A stretch of DNA of 64,000 bases from a candidate division WOR-3 bacterium (GTDB taxonomy: Bacteria > Hydrothermota > Hydrothermia > Hydrothermales > JAJRUZ01), in the NCBI GenBank assembly GCA_024277525.1, contig JAJRUZ010000019.1:17-64016 (forward strand), given 5' to 3'. The notes beneath the pieces were generated by a model that had not been told where the DNA came from, did not search any database, and saw nothing but the letters and a program-made list of their open reading frames with translations. Within the stretch, counting starts at the first letter, position 1. Every line of letters begins with the position of its first letter. The translations under genes were made by a program, and so were the position numbers. Shown in pieces: positions 42,568 through 53,743 of the stretch.

Positions 42568-45500
42568 ATGAAAATCAAACAATTATTAATTTGTTTTTTA
42601 ATCCTCGGTTTTTTGGGGGCGATAGCCTTTTCTGCTTATCGCTATGCATTGTGGAAAGCAAGAAAGGATATAATAAAAGAAATAAATAAAAATTTGAAAA
42701 GTAAAGCAGATTACAAAGATTTTTCTCTGTCTTTATCAAATATTGAAATTAAAGAGTTTAAAACCAAAGGCATTTTACTTAACAACTTAAGATTGAATTA
42801 TAATCTGTTGGATGTTATTACTTTTAAAAATTTCGGTTTTCTTTATGTTGACAAATTGGAGATAAATATAGATTCATTGATAAGAAATTTAAAATTAAAA
42901 AAAGAAAAAAAGAAAAAAATTGTCAGTCCTTTAAAATCTTTTCTTGTTCTTAATAGAGGAAAAGTAAATCGGTTAATACTTCATTATAAAAATAAAATTT
43001 TTGTGTTTAAAAATATAATTTTTTCCTTAAATTTGAAAGGGGATGAACTTCACGCACAAATTAATTTCGGCTCTTCTTTTTATAATTTAAGAGGTTCATT
43101 AAATATATACAAAAGAAAGAACACGCTCAAAATTTTCACGAAAAATTTTAAATCCGATTTATTTGATTTAAATTTTAATGCAGAATTAAAAAGAAAGGAT
43201 TTTGAATTTATAATCTTTAATTCAAAATTCAAGGAATATTCTTTTAAAAATATAGATGCAAAGGGTAAAATAGAGGGAAATGTAATCAACTTCGAAAAGT
43301 TTAATATTGAATCAAACATTGTTAAGTTAAATTCCTCTTTCATTTATAAAAATCTCACCTTATCAGGCAAAAGTAAAGGATTTTTAAATTATAAAGAATT
43401 TAAAGGCAAATTTTTGACCGATTTTAATATTGATTTAAAAAAAGAAAAATTTTACGGCAAAATAATTCTGTCAAATTTTAACTATAAGGACATAAATTTT
43501 GAAAGAATTTATTTTTCAGGAAAGATGGATAAGAAGAAAATATACCCTGACTCTCTTTATGTTACATCAGACTTAATAAAATTAAACGGAAAAAGAAGAG
43601 ACTCTGTTTTTGTATTTAACATTAAAAAATTGGACAGTGATTTGATAAAAAAATTTTTTGTTCTTGAAAAAGACTTACATTTTGTTATGAGGAGTAAAGG
43701 GCAGATTCAATTAAAAGAAAATGACTTTGACATTTTAATGCAGGGAGTCCTTGAAAAGTTTGTTTTTAAAGATTTGAAAATCGATTTCATAAATTTTACA
43801 TTCAGAAGAGAGAATTATTTAAATGAGTTAAATTTATCCGTTCCGGAGTTTTATTTTAGGAATTTAAAATCAAATATTGACCTTTTGACCATCAGATTCA
43901 GGAAAAAAGACAGTATAAACTTTAAAATTAAAGCCCTTTTACCCTTTACAGGAGATTTTGAGGAGGAGGGTTATTTTATAAACAAAAAGGATAAAAAAGT
44001 TTTAATTGCAAAATCGGGTAGAATAGATATCTATCCGAAGATTAAGATAAACATTGATTCTTTGAGATTTATGAGGGGTCGTCTCAGAATAAAAGAAAAA
44101 GGTGGAGAATATGAAATTTCTTTAGAAAAAGGAGATTTAAGTTTTTTACCTTATATCAATATATTGGGAGAAGTTAACATAAACGGTAAGTTTTCAATGG
44201 ATTTCCCGAAAATCAGAAATGTGAATCTTTCAATAAATATAAAAGATTTCCTTTATAAATATTTTTCTCTTAATGAGATTAATATGAATTTATCAGGAGA
44301 TGAAAAAGGATATGAACTGACGGGAGAATTTGAAAAGGAAAAAGGGAAAGGCAGAATAAATATTTCTTTGAGTTCTCCTGAGAATATCTATTTTGAAATA
44401 TACGGAAATGATTTTGATGTTGGGGAATTTAACATTCCTTTAAAGGATTTATTCAGTTTTAAGAAAGGAGATTATGATTTTAATATTGAGGGTTATTATA
44501 AAAACAAAAAATTAACTTATGAAGCGGAATTCAATTTTGAAAGGGTCGGAGGAATTTTTTATCCTATCGGGGTCAGTTTTCATGATGTGCATGTTATACT
44601 CAATTCAAAAAATGATACCTTTACTTATGATTTTACAGGACTGAGTGAAGGTGGTAAAATAAGGGGGAGCGGGTGGGGAGCTGTTGAATGGGGTAAAGAT
44701 ATTGTTACAGGAGGGAAAATACGCGTTTTCAATACCGATTTATATGTAACACCCGAGATAGAGGCAAATGTAAACGGAGAAATTGAGTATAAAAAGGATG
44801 CAGCAGGTTTAGAGGTAAACGGCAATCTTTTTATAAATAAGTGTTTTATAACTCCCAAATTTGAAAATAAAGGAACGGTTTTTTCCAAGACCAAAATAAA
44901 TTTGGATTTTGAGGGTGATAACATTTTTATAATAAGTGATTATTTTAATGCAGAGCTTTCGGGGAATCTGAGTATTAAAAGTCCTGATTATGTAAGAAGG
45001 CTTTATAACGGAAAGTTCAGGGTAAAAAGGGGAAATGTTTTCTACCTGGGTAAAATTTTTGATATAAGCGAAAATTCGTATTTGTTGTTGAAAGGGGTAT
45101 CTTCTTTTGAGCCGGATTTAAATTTGGAGGCAGAGACATATGTTTATTCACCGCAAAATAAGGAGAAGGTAAGAATCATTATTTCGGTTAAGGGAAGTCT
45201 GTCATCGCCGAGGTTCATTTTAAAGAGTGAGCCTCCCGTTTACAGTTCATCGGAGATAATAAAGATGCTTGCAATGGGGGGTGAATTACCGGGTGCAGAA
45301 ATAATAGAAGGAACCATATCTCAGGAAATAAGGAAAAGGTTGAAATTAAAAGAATTAATGATAACCGGGTTATTGCACGGAGACCCCACTTTTACGGTAG
45401 GAACGTATGTTTCCGAAAACATTTACATTAAATATTTACAGGGAATTGTGGATAAATCCAAGAATCTTTATCTTATAAGATATTTCATTTTGCCGGGTAT

Positions 45501-45570
45501 TTCCATCTATGCTGAAAAGGATGAAAAGGGAAGTGCACAGGGAGGGGTTGAGATAGAAATCAGGTTTTAG
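42568..45570 (+). CDS. TamB/AsmA-like protein
   Basis: N-terminal TM anchor, beta-rich body, GSLSSPRFILKSEPP and VGTYVS C-terminal motifs. Confidence 0.7.
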   Translation: MKIKQLLICFLILGFLGAIAFSAYRYALWKARKDIIKEINKNLKSKADYKDFSLSLSNIEIKEFKTKGILLNNLRLNYNLLDVITFKNFGFLYVDKLEINIDSLIRNLKLKKEKKKKIVSPLKSFLVLNRGKVNRLILHYKNKIFVFKNIIFSLNLKGDELHAQINFGSSFYNLRGSLNIYKRKNTLKIFTKNFKSDLFDLNFNAELKRKDFEFIIFNSKFKEYSFKNIDAKGKIEGNVINFEKFNIESNIVKLNSSFIYKNLTLSGKSKGFLNYKEFKGKFLTDFNIDLKKEKFYGKIILSNFNYKDINFERIYFSGKMDKKKIYPDSLYVTSDLIKLNGKRRDSVFVFNIKKLDSDLIKKFFVLEKDLHFVMRSKGQIQLKENDFDILMQGVLEKFVFKDLKIDFINFTFRRENYLNELNLSVPEFYFRNLKSNIDLLTIRFRKKDSINFKIKALLPFTGDFEEEGYFINKKDKKVLIAKSGRIDIYPKIKINIDSLRFMRGRLRIKEKGGEYEISLEKGDLSFLPYINILGEVNINGKFSMDFPKIRNVNLSINIKDFLYKYFSLNEINMNLSGDEKGYELTGEFEKEKGKGRINISLSSPENIYFEIYGNDFDVGEFNIPLKDLFSFKKGDYDFNIEGYYKNKKLTYEAEFNFERVGGIFYPIGVSFHDVHVILNSKNDTFTYDFTGLSEGGKIRGSGWGAVEWGKDIVTGGKIRVFNTDLYVTPEIEANVNGEIEYKKDAAGLEVNGNLFINKCFITPKFENKGTVFSKTKINLDFEGDNIFIISDYFNAELSGNLSIKSPDYVRRLYNGKFRVKRGNVFYLGKIFDISENSYLLLKGVSSFEPDLNLEAETYVYSPQNKEKVRIIISVKGSLSSPRFILKSEPPVYSSSEIIKMLAMGGELPGAEIIEGTISQEIRKRLKLKELMITGLLHGDPTFTVGTYVSENIYIKYLQGIVDKSKNLYLIRYFILPGISIYAEKDEKGSAQGGVEIEIRF

Positions 45571-46753
45571 TTCTTTTAAAATCAGAACTAATGGTTTCAA
45601 AGAAGTCTCTAAGTGATTTCATATTTTCATCCTTTTGAAGACGATCAATGAATTCCATCACATAAATGATGAGAATTGAGAAAAATAAAGAAAGAATAAG
45701 ACCGCCAACTAATACTACACTTCTCTTAGGCACTTTTTCCCTTTTTTTATAATCGGGCTCTGACACAACACTGAAAAAGGGAATTGACTTAGAAGCTTCT
45801 ATTCTCGTTTTTTCCAACTCTTCTAAAATTAAAGAATACAAATCACTTAAAACTCTCTGTCTTCTCCAAAGTCTCATTAATGTAATACTTGCTTCCGGTA
45901 CTTTTTCCAAAGGGAGTCCGAAGCCGGCTCCGTATCCTTTTGATTTTCCTCCTTTCTCAATTTCTCTTAATTTCTTCTTTAATTCTTTCCACTTTTTCTT
46001 TGCCCTTTTAACCTCAATATTCAATGTATCTCCTATGGTGGAAAGTAAAGTCTTATAATATATCTCTGCTTCTATTTCTTCTTTTTTCAATTGTGCATAG
46101 TTTTCAAATATAAAGCGATACTCCCCGTAATCTCCCTCTAAACTATGCACCTTATATTTTTCCTGCATGAATCTGAAGGAATCTTCCACAGCGGTTAACT
46201 CATTCTTTATTTCGGTAAATCTTTCGTTGAGTAACTTCATCCTTTGCTCATAAAATTGGGTATAAATTTTTCTTATAAAATTGTCCAGATTTTCTATTAC
46301 TTTATTGAGTATTTTGATTCCGGTTTGAGGATGGGAGTACAAGAAGATCAAATTCACCATCCCTTCCGGTCCTGTCTTCACTTTATAAAATTCCTCAAAC
46401 TTGGAGAGTGCCTGTTCTATATCTCCGACACGGAATGTATCCATAAGATTTAATTTTTTTATGACCGGCTCGATTACATCTCTATTTTTTGCAAAGGCAG
46501 ACAAAATATCCGAAGGTGTGATGATTCCTCCGAATCCTTTTGGAAGCCCTTCCATCAATCTTATGTATTCCGCAGGTAAAACTTCTCCCTCTCCCACTAT
46601 TTTTGTTCGATAAGGAATTAGAGAAGCTTTTATTATATATCTTCTCGGAACAAGAAAAGTGACAATTACAACAAGAATAACTGATATAATCACAAATTTA
46701 TAAAAAATTTTTATCCATTTTAAAAAAACTTTTAAAATAACATCAAAATTCAT
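45560..46753 (-). CDS. Wzz/Wzc-type polysaccharide co-polymerase (no kinase domain)
   Basis: Two TMs flanking a coiled coil; P-K-R motif before TM2. Confidence 0.75.
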   Translation of the reverse strand: MNFDVILKVFLKWIKIFYKFVIISVILVVIVTFLVPRRYIIKASLIPYRTKIVGEGEVLPAEYIRLMEGLPKGFGGIITPSDILSAFAKNRDVIEPVIKKLNLMDTFRVGDIEQALSKFEEFYKVKTGPEGMVNLIFLYSHPQTGIKILNKVIENLDNFIRKIYTQFYEQRMKLLNERFTEIKNELTAVEDSFRFMQEKYKVHSLEGDYGEYRFIFENYAQLKKEEIEAEIYYKTLLSTIGDTLNIEVKRAKKKWKELKKKLREIEKGGKSKGYGAGFGLPLEKVPEASITLMRLWRRQRVLSDLYSLILEELEKTRIEASKSIPFFSVVSEPDYKKREKVPKRSVVLVGGLILSLFFSILIIYVMEFIDRLQKDENMKSLRDFFETISSDFKRTKT

Positions 46754-47418
46754 GGCACAATTATTATATCTTTATCTTCAAGATAGGGATTCTGTTGCAT
46801 GTCTCCTTCTTTTAAATATTTCCATATATAAATCGTGTCTTTTTTATTTTCTCTGTATAAAACCACTTTTTTAATTTCATTTTTAACACCCGCAGATTTT
46901 AAAGCATCATACACTCTTGATAACCTTCTCAATCTTAAAGTTCCCGGATTATTAACATTTCCGACCACTTGAACTTCAATTTCTCCGAGTTCTGCGAGAT
47001 ATACCCGCAGTGTTATGCCAGCAAATTTCTTCTTTAATTCTTCACTTATTTCTCTTTCAATTTCTTTCAATGTTTTCCCCTCGACTTTAAAAAATCCCAA
47101 ATTCGGACCTTTGATCTCGGATGATGGTTCTGTTTCAAACGGAGAACTCAAAGAAAATGATTTTATAGAGGTCGGAGAAGTTATAATCCATATTTCTCCG
47201 GAATTTGTTACCTGTTGCATATAAATTTGATTAAAAGTTCCGTAAAAAACGAATAATAGAATGTCTCCTTTATTCACTTTATAATTAGCGGGAACACTAT
47301 ATGCATTTGTGGAAGAAATATAAGGAATAAAAGAAGAAGGAACATAGTAGTAAATATTCCTTTCTGGTTTCGCATTCTGAATATGCGGAGTTTGAAAAAT
47401 CAAAAATATTAAAAGCAT
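46750..47418 (-). CDS. Polysaccharide export protein (Wza/SLBB domain)
   Basis: NYKVNKGD, VVGNVNNPG, NPYLEDKDIIIVP. Confidence 0.8.
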   Translation of the reverse strand: MLLIFLIFQTPHIQNAKPERNIYYYVPSSFIPYISSTNAYSVPANYKVNKGDILLFVFYGTFNQIYMQQVTNSGEIWIITSPTSIKSFSLSSPFETEPSSEIKGPNLGFFKVEGKTLKEIEREISEELKKKFAGITLRVYLAELGEIEVQVVGNVNNPGTLRLRRLSRVYDALKSAGVKNEIKKVVLYRENKKDTIYIWKYLKEGDMQQNPYLEDKDIIIVP

Positions 47419-47462
47419 AGTTTTGATTTTAATGGATTTATTATTTTAAAATCAATTTTATA

Positions 47463-48482
47463 ATGAAAAGAATCCCTGAGCCTTTAATTTTCACCGGTAA
47501 GGTATTAAAAATTTTGGATCAAAGGAAACTTCCATTTAAAGAGACATATTACGAGGCAAAGACATATTCTGATGTCAAGAACGCCATAAAAAAAATGGTA
47601 TTAAGGGGTGCACCTTTAATAGGAATAGCAGGAGCGTATGCGGTCATTTTGGGATTGAGGAAAAAGTTTAACCTTCAAAACTTCTATCAGATGAAAAATG
47701 AACTGTTATCTTTAAGAAAAACAGCATACAATCTGCATTATTCACTTTTAAGAATAGAAAATCTTATAAAAAACGGAGCAGAATTTGATGAAATTCTTAG
47801 AGAAATAAGTAAGATTTTTGAGGAGGAAAAAAGAAGGTGTGAACTCATTGGAACAAACGGAAAAAAACTGTTTTCTCGTTTTAAAAGGATATTAACGCAT
47901 TGCAATACAGGAAAATTGGCAACAGGAGGAATAGGAACCGCTTTGGGAGTAATATATAAAACAAGGAAAAATATTGAGCATGTTTTTGTGACCGAAACAA
48001 GACCTTATTTTCAAGGTGCAAGATTAACTGCTTATGAGCTTTCAAAAACAAAAATCCCTTTTACTATTATTCTTGACAGTGAATCTGCTTTTTTAATGCA
48101 ACAGGGAGAAATTGACGCGGTAATAGTAGGTGCTGATAGGATAACAAATGACGGATATGTTGCAAATAAAATCGGGACACTTTCTCTTGCAATCTGTGCA
48201 AAGGAATTTAACATTCCCTTTTATGTCGCTGCTCCGATTTCGACCTTTGATTTTAACTTGATAAATTATCATAATATTCCTATAGAACAGAGGGAAAGTA
48301 AAGAAATGAAAGGATGGGGGAAAACGAAGTGGATTCCGGAAAATTATAAATCTTTGTATTTTTCCTTTGATATAACTCCTCCTGATTTGATAAGATATTT
48401 TATAACAGATGTCGGAAATTTTAAACCGAATGAAATAGAGAAAATAAAAAGGTTCGATTCCTTGGAGAAAAAAAACAAATAA
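47463..48482 (+). CDS. mtnA: Methylthioribose-1-phosphate isomerase
   Basis: LDQRKLP, RGAPLIG, THCNTG, ETRP, GADR, NKIGT, FDITP. Confidence 0.93.
   Translation: MKRIPEPLIFTGKVLKILDQRKLPFKETYYEAKTYSDVKNAIKKMVLRGAPLIGIAGAYAVILGLRKKFNLQNFYQMKNELLSLRKTAYNLHYSLLRIENLIKNGAEFDEILREISKIFEEEKRRCELIGTNGKKLFSRFKRILTHCNTGKLATGGIGTALGVIYKTRKNIEHVFVTETRPYFQGARLTAYELSKTKIPFTIILDSESAFLMQQGEIDAVIVGADRITNDGYVANKIGTLSLAICAKEFNIPFYVAAPISTFDFNLINYHNIPIEQRESKEMKGWGKTKWIPENYKSLYFSFDITPPDLIRYFITDVGNFKPNEIEKIKRFDSLEKKNK
48450..48462 (+). promoter_or_regulatory. T-arm-like hairpin upstream of the Lrp/AsnC gene, inside the mtnA 3' end
   Basis: AAGG-TTCGATT-CCTT; the 13-nt core ends 22 nt before the ATG at 48485. Confidence 0.5.
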
Positions 48483-48484
48483 AA

Positions 48485-48745
48485 ATGCCTAACAAACATT
48501 ATGCTTTTGTTTTGATAAAGGTTCAAGTAGGTAAAGTTCCTTCGGTTGTTCAAAAACTTTACAATATAAGGGAGGTAAGGGAAATTTTTATGATAACCGG
48601 TCCATTTGATATATTGGTAATAATTGAGACTGACACATATGACAGGCTCGGTGAAATTCTCGCTGAAGAGATCCAATAAATAGGCGGAATTGAAGACACC
48701 CAAACAATGATGGCTTTTAAAACTTATAAATACTTGGAGAGATAA
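48485..48745 (+). CDS. Stand-alone Lrp/AsnC ligand-binding (RAM) domain with in-frame TAA at 48677-48679
   Basis: AFVLIKV..G...ITGPFDILV...EEIQ*IGGIEDTQTMMAFK. Confidence 0.8.
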
Positions 48746-48760
48746 GGTTAGCCAGATAAT

Positions 48761-49459
48761 GTGAAATCACCCTCCCTGATAGCTGCTTTTATCGGTGGTC
48801 TTTTTTCCTTTATATCCCCCTGTATATTGCCCCTTATCCCTGCATATCTTTCATATATAACAGGAACCTCAATTGAAGAATTAAGGAAAGAAAAAAAATT
48901 ATCATTTTCCATTTTTCTCCATTCCTTACTTTTTGTTCTGGGGTTTTCCACAATTTTTATTTTTCTGGGTTTTTCTGCTTCTTTTATCGGCTCATTTTTT
49001 ATAAACAAAAAAGCAATAATTGAGAAAATTGCAGGCATATTTATAATCATTCTTTCATTCCATTTAACAGGGATCTTCAGATTAAAATTTCTGGACATAG
49101 AAAAAAAACCGAATCCTGCTCAAATTGCGGTTCCCTTTTTAAGGTCATATCTTGTCGGTTTGGCGTTCGGGCTCGGCTGGACTCCATGCATCGGACCCAT
49201 TCTCTCTGCAATCCTTGCAATTGCAGCAACTTACGGCTCACCTTTAAAAGGAATTATACTTCTCTCCTTTTACTCACTCGGGCTTGCAGTTCCTTTTATA
49301 ATATCCGGACTCTTTATTAATCTCTTTTTTGTTTTCTTTTCGGGTATCAAGAAACATTTAAGGAAAATTGAAATTATTGCAGGTATTTTTCTTCTTATAC
49401 TCGGAATTTTACTCTTAACCGGTGTTTTTTCAAACATTTCTTTTGCACTCGGAGTATAA
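48761..49459 (+). CDS. ccdA: Cytochrome c biogenesis protein CcdA
   Basis: SFISPCILP and GWTPCIGP. Confidence 0.92.
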   Translation: MKSPSLIAAFIGGLFSFISPCILPLIPAYLSYITGTSIEELRKEKKLSFSIFLHSLLFVLGFSTIFIFLGFSASFIGSFFINKKAIIEKIAGIFIIILSFHLTGIFRLKFLDIEKKPNPAQIAVPFLRSYLVGLAFGLGWTPCIGPILSAILAIAATYGSPLKGIILLSFYSLGLAVPFIISGLFINLFFVFFSGIKKHLRKIEIIAGIFLLILGILLLTGVFSNISFALGV

Positions 49460-49477
49460 AAAAATTTAAAATTTAAT

Positions 49478-49490
49478 AGGTTCAAATCCG
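49478..49490 (+). promoter_or_regulatory. T-arm-like leader hairpin upstream of the DUF5362-like gene
   Basis: GG-TTCAAAT-CC, 20 nt of A-rich SD-less spacer before the ATG. Confidence 0.5.
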
Positions 49491-49510
49491 CAAAAAATAA
49501 AAAAAATATC

Positions 49511-49867
49511 ATGGATATTTACGAAAGTGCATCCAAAGGGTCGGGATGGATTAAATTTTTCGGAATAATAAACATAATAATGGGCGGACTTCAAGCTTTA
49601 ACGATAGTCGGGATCTTATGGGCATGGATTCCGATATGGGTCGGAGTGGTTGCATTGCAAACAGCATCCGCAGGTGAAAAGGCGAGTATAAATAAAAATG
49701 AAACAGACCTCATTCAATACCATTTCAAAATTAAGTTTCTCTTCCAACTCATAGGAATATTCATAATCATAGGTCTTGTCATAGGAATAATAATTCTGAT
49801 ATTTTCGCTGATCTTCTCTGCATTTATAGCAAATTACTTTTCTCAATTCGGAGGAAGTGGGTGGTAA
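49511..49867 (+). CDS. DUF5362-like membrane protein
   Basis: GWIKFFGI...ALTIVGILWAWIPIWVG pattern. Confidence 0.7.
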   Translation: MDIYESASKGSGWIKFFGIINIIMGGLQALTIVGILWAWIPIWVGVVALQTASAGEKASINKNETDLIQYHFKIKFLFQLIGIFIIIGLVIGIIILIFSLIFSAFIANYFSQFGGSGW

Positions 49868-51022
49868 ATGTTAAGTATTTATAGTCTTTTTTTTCTTTTT
49901 TTTACCAACTATATATATGTTGATACCCTGAATGTTTATATTTTCAAAAAAGTATTTGATAAAGGGGATTCTCTATTGCTCGGTATTAAAATTTCTCCTT
50001 ATATTATGGTATTCAAGAAAACCGAAGAGGGTTTTTCGGGGGGAATAAGTATAGACTTTAATGCCGAATTAATGAACGGAAAGAAAAGTTTTGTAAGATT
50101 TATCAAGAGAATTGACTTTGAAACATATGAAGAAACAAGAGAAAAGGAGAAGAAAATTGATTTTGAAAAATGGATTGTGCTTAAAGAAAAAGTAAAAAAT
50201 GTCCATATAGTCTTAAAAGATATTAATTCAGGGAAAAGGTGGGAATATAAAAGAAAATTTATTTTACAGAAGAATTTTGAACCAGGGGATCCTATTTTCT
50301 TTAAGGAAACCGACGACAAAAAAAAGTTTATTATTCCACCTTTAAAAGATACTCTTATATCTATCCTCTTAACTTTTTATGCAGAAACAAACGGAAAAGC
50401 AAAATTTCAAATCTTTGAGAATAAAAAAATTTACACCGAGGAAGAATTTGAATTCAGGCAGGGATTGAACAAAAAGACCTTTATTATAAACCCTCCAGAA
50501 TTTGAGGAAAAAATAGGTTTTAAAATCACATATATTATGAATAACAAAACTTATAGATACCATAAAGAATTTTTTATAAAACCGGTTGATATTTTCACCG
50601 TATATGAGTGGGAGGATCTTTTAAATGCAATGAATATAATTTTTCAAAGGAGGGAACTTGAAAAACTTTATAAAGCAAAGAAGGAAGAAAGAAAGAAATT
50701 ATGGAAAGAATTTTGGAAAAAGTATGATTCTGATCCAACCACTCCTCATAATGAAACAGAGATCGAATTTTTGAAAAGGTTTCAATATGTAATGAAAAAC
50801 TTCAGTGGACCCTTAAAAGGTTACAGAACTGATAGAGGAAGAATTTACTTAAAATACGGTCCACCCGATTTTATAGAAGACCATCCTTATGAATGGGGTA
50901 CTTATCCATACCAAATATGGTATTACAATAAATACGGTCTTAAATTTTTGTTTGTTGACAAGACAGGGTTCGGGGATTATGAACTTGAGACCGACATAAG
51001 GGAAATTTATCCTCAATATTGA
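49868..51022 (+). CDS. GWxTD domain protein 1
   Basis: FWKKYDSDPTT..NE, GYRTDRGRIYLKYGPP. Confidence 0.85.
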   Translation: MLSIYSLFFLFFTNYIYVDTLNVYIFKKVFDKGDSLLLGIKISPYIMVFKKTEEGFSGGISIDFNAELMNGKKSFVRFIKRIDFETYEETREKEKKIDFEKWIVLKEKVKNVHIVLKDINSGKRWEYKRKFILQKNFEPGDPIFFKETDDKKKFIIPPLKDTLISILLTFYAETNGKAKFQIFENKKIYTEEEFEFRQGLNKKTFIINPPEFEEKIGFKITYIMNNKTYRYHKEFFIKPVDIFTVYEWEDLLNAMNIIFQRRELEKLYKAKKEERKKLWKEFWKKYDSDPTTPHNETEIEFLKRFQYVMKNFSGPLKGYRTDRGRIYLKYGPPDFIEDHPYEWGTYPYQIWYYNKYGLKFLFVDKTGFGDYELETDIREIYPQY

Positions 51023-51023
51023 T

Positions 51024-52292
51024 ATGATAAATCTATTTTTGTTTCTGAGTATTTATACATCAAAAGGAAACTTTGATTTTTATTTATTCCCCTATGTAGT
51101 TTACAGAGGGAAAGGAGTCTTCACGATCGAAATATGGTACTCTTTCAATGTAAAGAATACTGCTCTCAAAAAAAAGGGAGGAGTTGAGGAAGCAAGTTTT
51201 GATATTGAAGTGAAATGGAAAGAAATATCCAAGGGTAAACAAAAAAGCGAAAGATGGACTAAAAAGTTTAAAATAGGCGGACATTCAGGAGAGACAAAGA
51301 TTTATGATGTATTTTCCATTAACCTTGAAAAGGGAAATTACGAAATTGCTGTTATATTTGAAACAAAGTCAAGATCCGGTGAAGTGAAATTTAACAAGAA
51401 TTTAAATTCTGATTTTCCTTTTATTTCTGACATTTTTATTTCACCTTCCATGGGAAAGGAAGAAAAATATTTTTTTAAAAGACAAAATATCGGTTTTGAG
51501 ATAAAATTTCCCTTTGAATTCGTGTATCCTGATACTGTTTTTTATTATTATTATGAACTTTATGGATTTAAGGGAAACGAAAGTGTCATTTATGAAATTA
51601 TAAAAAACAACAAAGTGATATACTCTCAGGAAGAAAAAGCACCCGAAGTTAAAAGTGGATTTACATACGGTAGAATTCCCATATATAAGTTCGGTTCAGG
51701 AGATTTTGTTTTCAAAGTAAAAATTATAAGAAATGAGCAATTATTATTTGAGAGAGAGGAAAAAGTTAAGTATATCTCACAAAAGGAATTACAAGAGATG
51801 AGAGTTCATCAATTTTATGAGAAATATTTATTTTTTATCGATTACTTCGCATTACCCAGTGAACTTTCCGAATTCAGAAAATTAAAAAATTTTGAAGCAA
51901 AGAAAATGTTTGTTCAAAAATTCTGGAAAAGATTTGACCCTGATCCACAAACTCCTGTAAATGAATTTATTTATGAATTGATTGAGAGAATAAAGTTTGC
52001 CGATCAGAATTTTTCGCTCGGGCTCAAAAGATTGGGTAGATATACGGATAGGGGAAGAATTTACATTAAATACGGGAAGCCTGCTGAGGTTGAAAATTCT
52101 TATTATCCTGAAGCAGAAAGAGCATGGGAATCCTGGATTTACAACGAACCGAGAAGAATGCAATTCATTTTTTCCGATATCAATCAGGATGGTAATTACA
52201 TTCTGATATACTCCTCCATTCCCGAGGAACAGCCCAGCAGGGCTGACTGGGAGAAATGGGTTCCCCAAGAAGCAATCCAGGTAAGACAATAA
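51024..52292 (+). CDS. GWxTD domain protein 2
   Basis: FWKRFDPDPQTPVNE, GRYTDRGRIYIKYGKP. Confidence 0.85.
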   Translation: MINLFLFLSIYTSKGNFDFYLFPYVVYRGKGVFTIEIWYSFNVKNTALKKKGGVEEASFDIEVKWKEISKGKQKSERWTKKFKIGGHSGETKIYDVFSINLEKGNYEIAVIFETKSRSGEVKFNKNLNSDFPFISDIFISPSMGKEEKYFFKRQNIGFEIKFPFEFVYPDTVFYYYYELYGFKGNESVIYEIIKNNKVIYSQEEKAPEVKSGFTYGRIPIYKFGSGDFVFKVKIIRNEQLLFEREEKVKYISQKELQEMRVHQFYEKYLFFIDYFALPSELSEFRKLKNFEAKKMFVQKFWKRFDPDPQTPVNEFIYELIERIKFADQNFSLGLKRLGRYTDRGRIYIKYGKPAEVENSYYPEAERAWESWIYNEPRRMQFIFSDINQDGNYILIYSSIPEEQPSRADWEKWVPQEAIQVRQ

Positions 52293-53743
52293 GAAAAAAA
52301 ACCTTTAAAAACCTTTTAATATTTGCTTCAGGGACTTTAATATCACGGATATTCGGATTTTTAAGGGAAATTTTTCTTGCTTATTCTCTTGGCGCTTCAC
52401 ACTTATCCGATGTATTTTACGCATGTTTCAGGATTGTAAATTTCTTGAGAGTCTTTCTCGGTGAGTCACTGATGCAAGTGTCCCTTGTGCCTTTACTTGT
52501 ATCAATGAAAAATGACAAAAAGAAACTGAAAAAATTTATAGGAGCAACTTTCTCACTCTTTTTTATTATTTCACTTATTCTATCAATCTTGGGAATTATC
52601 TTTTCTCCTTTTCTCATCTCAATTTTTGCTCCTGGATTTAAAAAAATATCTTTTAAATTTATTTATGCACAGAATACACTCAAAATCATGTTTCCTTTTG
52701 TTTTCTTTATTGTGATATCAGCCTATTTCGGAGCACTCTTAAATTCCGAAAAAAAATTCTTTGTGCCTTCCTTTTCTCCCTTTTTTTTTAATTTCTTCTT
52801 TTTGGTTGTGGGTATCTTTTCTTTATTTTTTTTAAAGCTTAAAGGAAATTTTTTCCTCTATTCGCTTTCGGTCGCAATTGTAATAGGAGGTTTTTTTCAG
52901 GCATTCTTTCAATTTCCGTTCATTTTAAAAAGGTTTAAAATTTATCTAACAAAGAATATCTTTATACCTGAACTCCGAGACTTCTTTAAACTGATTATCC
53001 CTGCGATTATGGGTGTTATCACAAATGAAGTCATAATCATCTTTACAACCTTTCTTGCTTCTTTTTTACCCGAAGGAGAGCTTTCTTATCTTTCTTATTC
53101 TTTCAGATTAAGACATTTTCCTGTTGCAATACTTGGAATAGGACTTGCAACCGTATCCCTTACTTATATGAGTGAAAATAAAGACAAGCTTTTTTATCTT
53201 CAAAAAATTTACAAACTTTCAATTTCGGTTCTTTTTCCTCTTGTTCTTTTATTAATCATTCATTCGGATTTTATTGTTAAATTATTTTTTGAAAGGGGAA
53301 ATTTTACTCATGTTGATACCTTAAAAACTTCTGTTGCTTTTATTTTGTTTTGCGTAGGAATTTTACCTTCTTCGCTTTTTAATGTTCATTTGAATTACTT
53401 TTATTCCAGAAAAAAAATAATTCCGGCGAATATTTCTTACTTAAACATGCTTACTTCATTTCTTGTTTTTTCTCCTATTTTATTAAAAACAATGGGATAT
53501 GCAGGACTTGCTCTTTCTTCATCAATAGCAAACTTTTTTGCCCTCCTTACCCTTAATTTTTATACGCCTGAATTTATTGATAAAAAAGAATTCTTAAAAT
53601 TTATAATAATTTCTTTAATTTTTTCGCTTATTGTTTTAAAAAAGTTTTTTATTAATAATTTTATTGAATTTTCATTTGATTCTTTTTTATCCTTAATATT
53701 CTTTTTTTATTTCAGGAAAAAATGGAAACTCCAAGAAATTTAA
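52256..53743 (+). CDS. murJ: Lipid II flippase MurJ (start uncertain)
   Basis: SRIFGFLRE, FRIVNFLR, FERGNF. Confidence 0.88.
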   Translation: MGSPRSNPGKTIRKKTFKNLLIFASGTLISRIFGFLREIFLAYSLGASHLSDVFYACFRIVNFLRVFLGESLMQVSLVPLLVSMKNDKKKLKKFIGATFSLFFIISLILSILGIIFSPFLISIFAPGFKKISFKFIYAQNTLKIMFPFVFFIVISAYFGALLNSEKKFFVPSFSPFFFNFFFLVVGIFSLFFLKLKGNFFLYSLSVAIVIGGFFQAFFQFPFILKRFKIYLTKNIFIPELRDFFKLIIPAIMGVITNEVIIIFTTFLASFLPEGELSYLSYSFRLRHFPVAILGIGLATVSLTYMSENKDKLFYLQKIYKLSISVLFPLVLLLIIHSDFIVKLFFERGNFTHVDTLKTSVAFILFCVGILPSSLFNVHLNYFYSRKKIIPANISYLNMLTSFLVFSPILLKTMGYAGLALSSSIANFFALLTLNFYTPEFIDKKEFLKFIIISLIFSLIVLKKFFINNFIEFSFDSFLSLIFFFYFRKKWKLQEI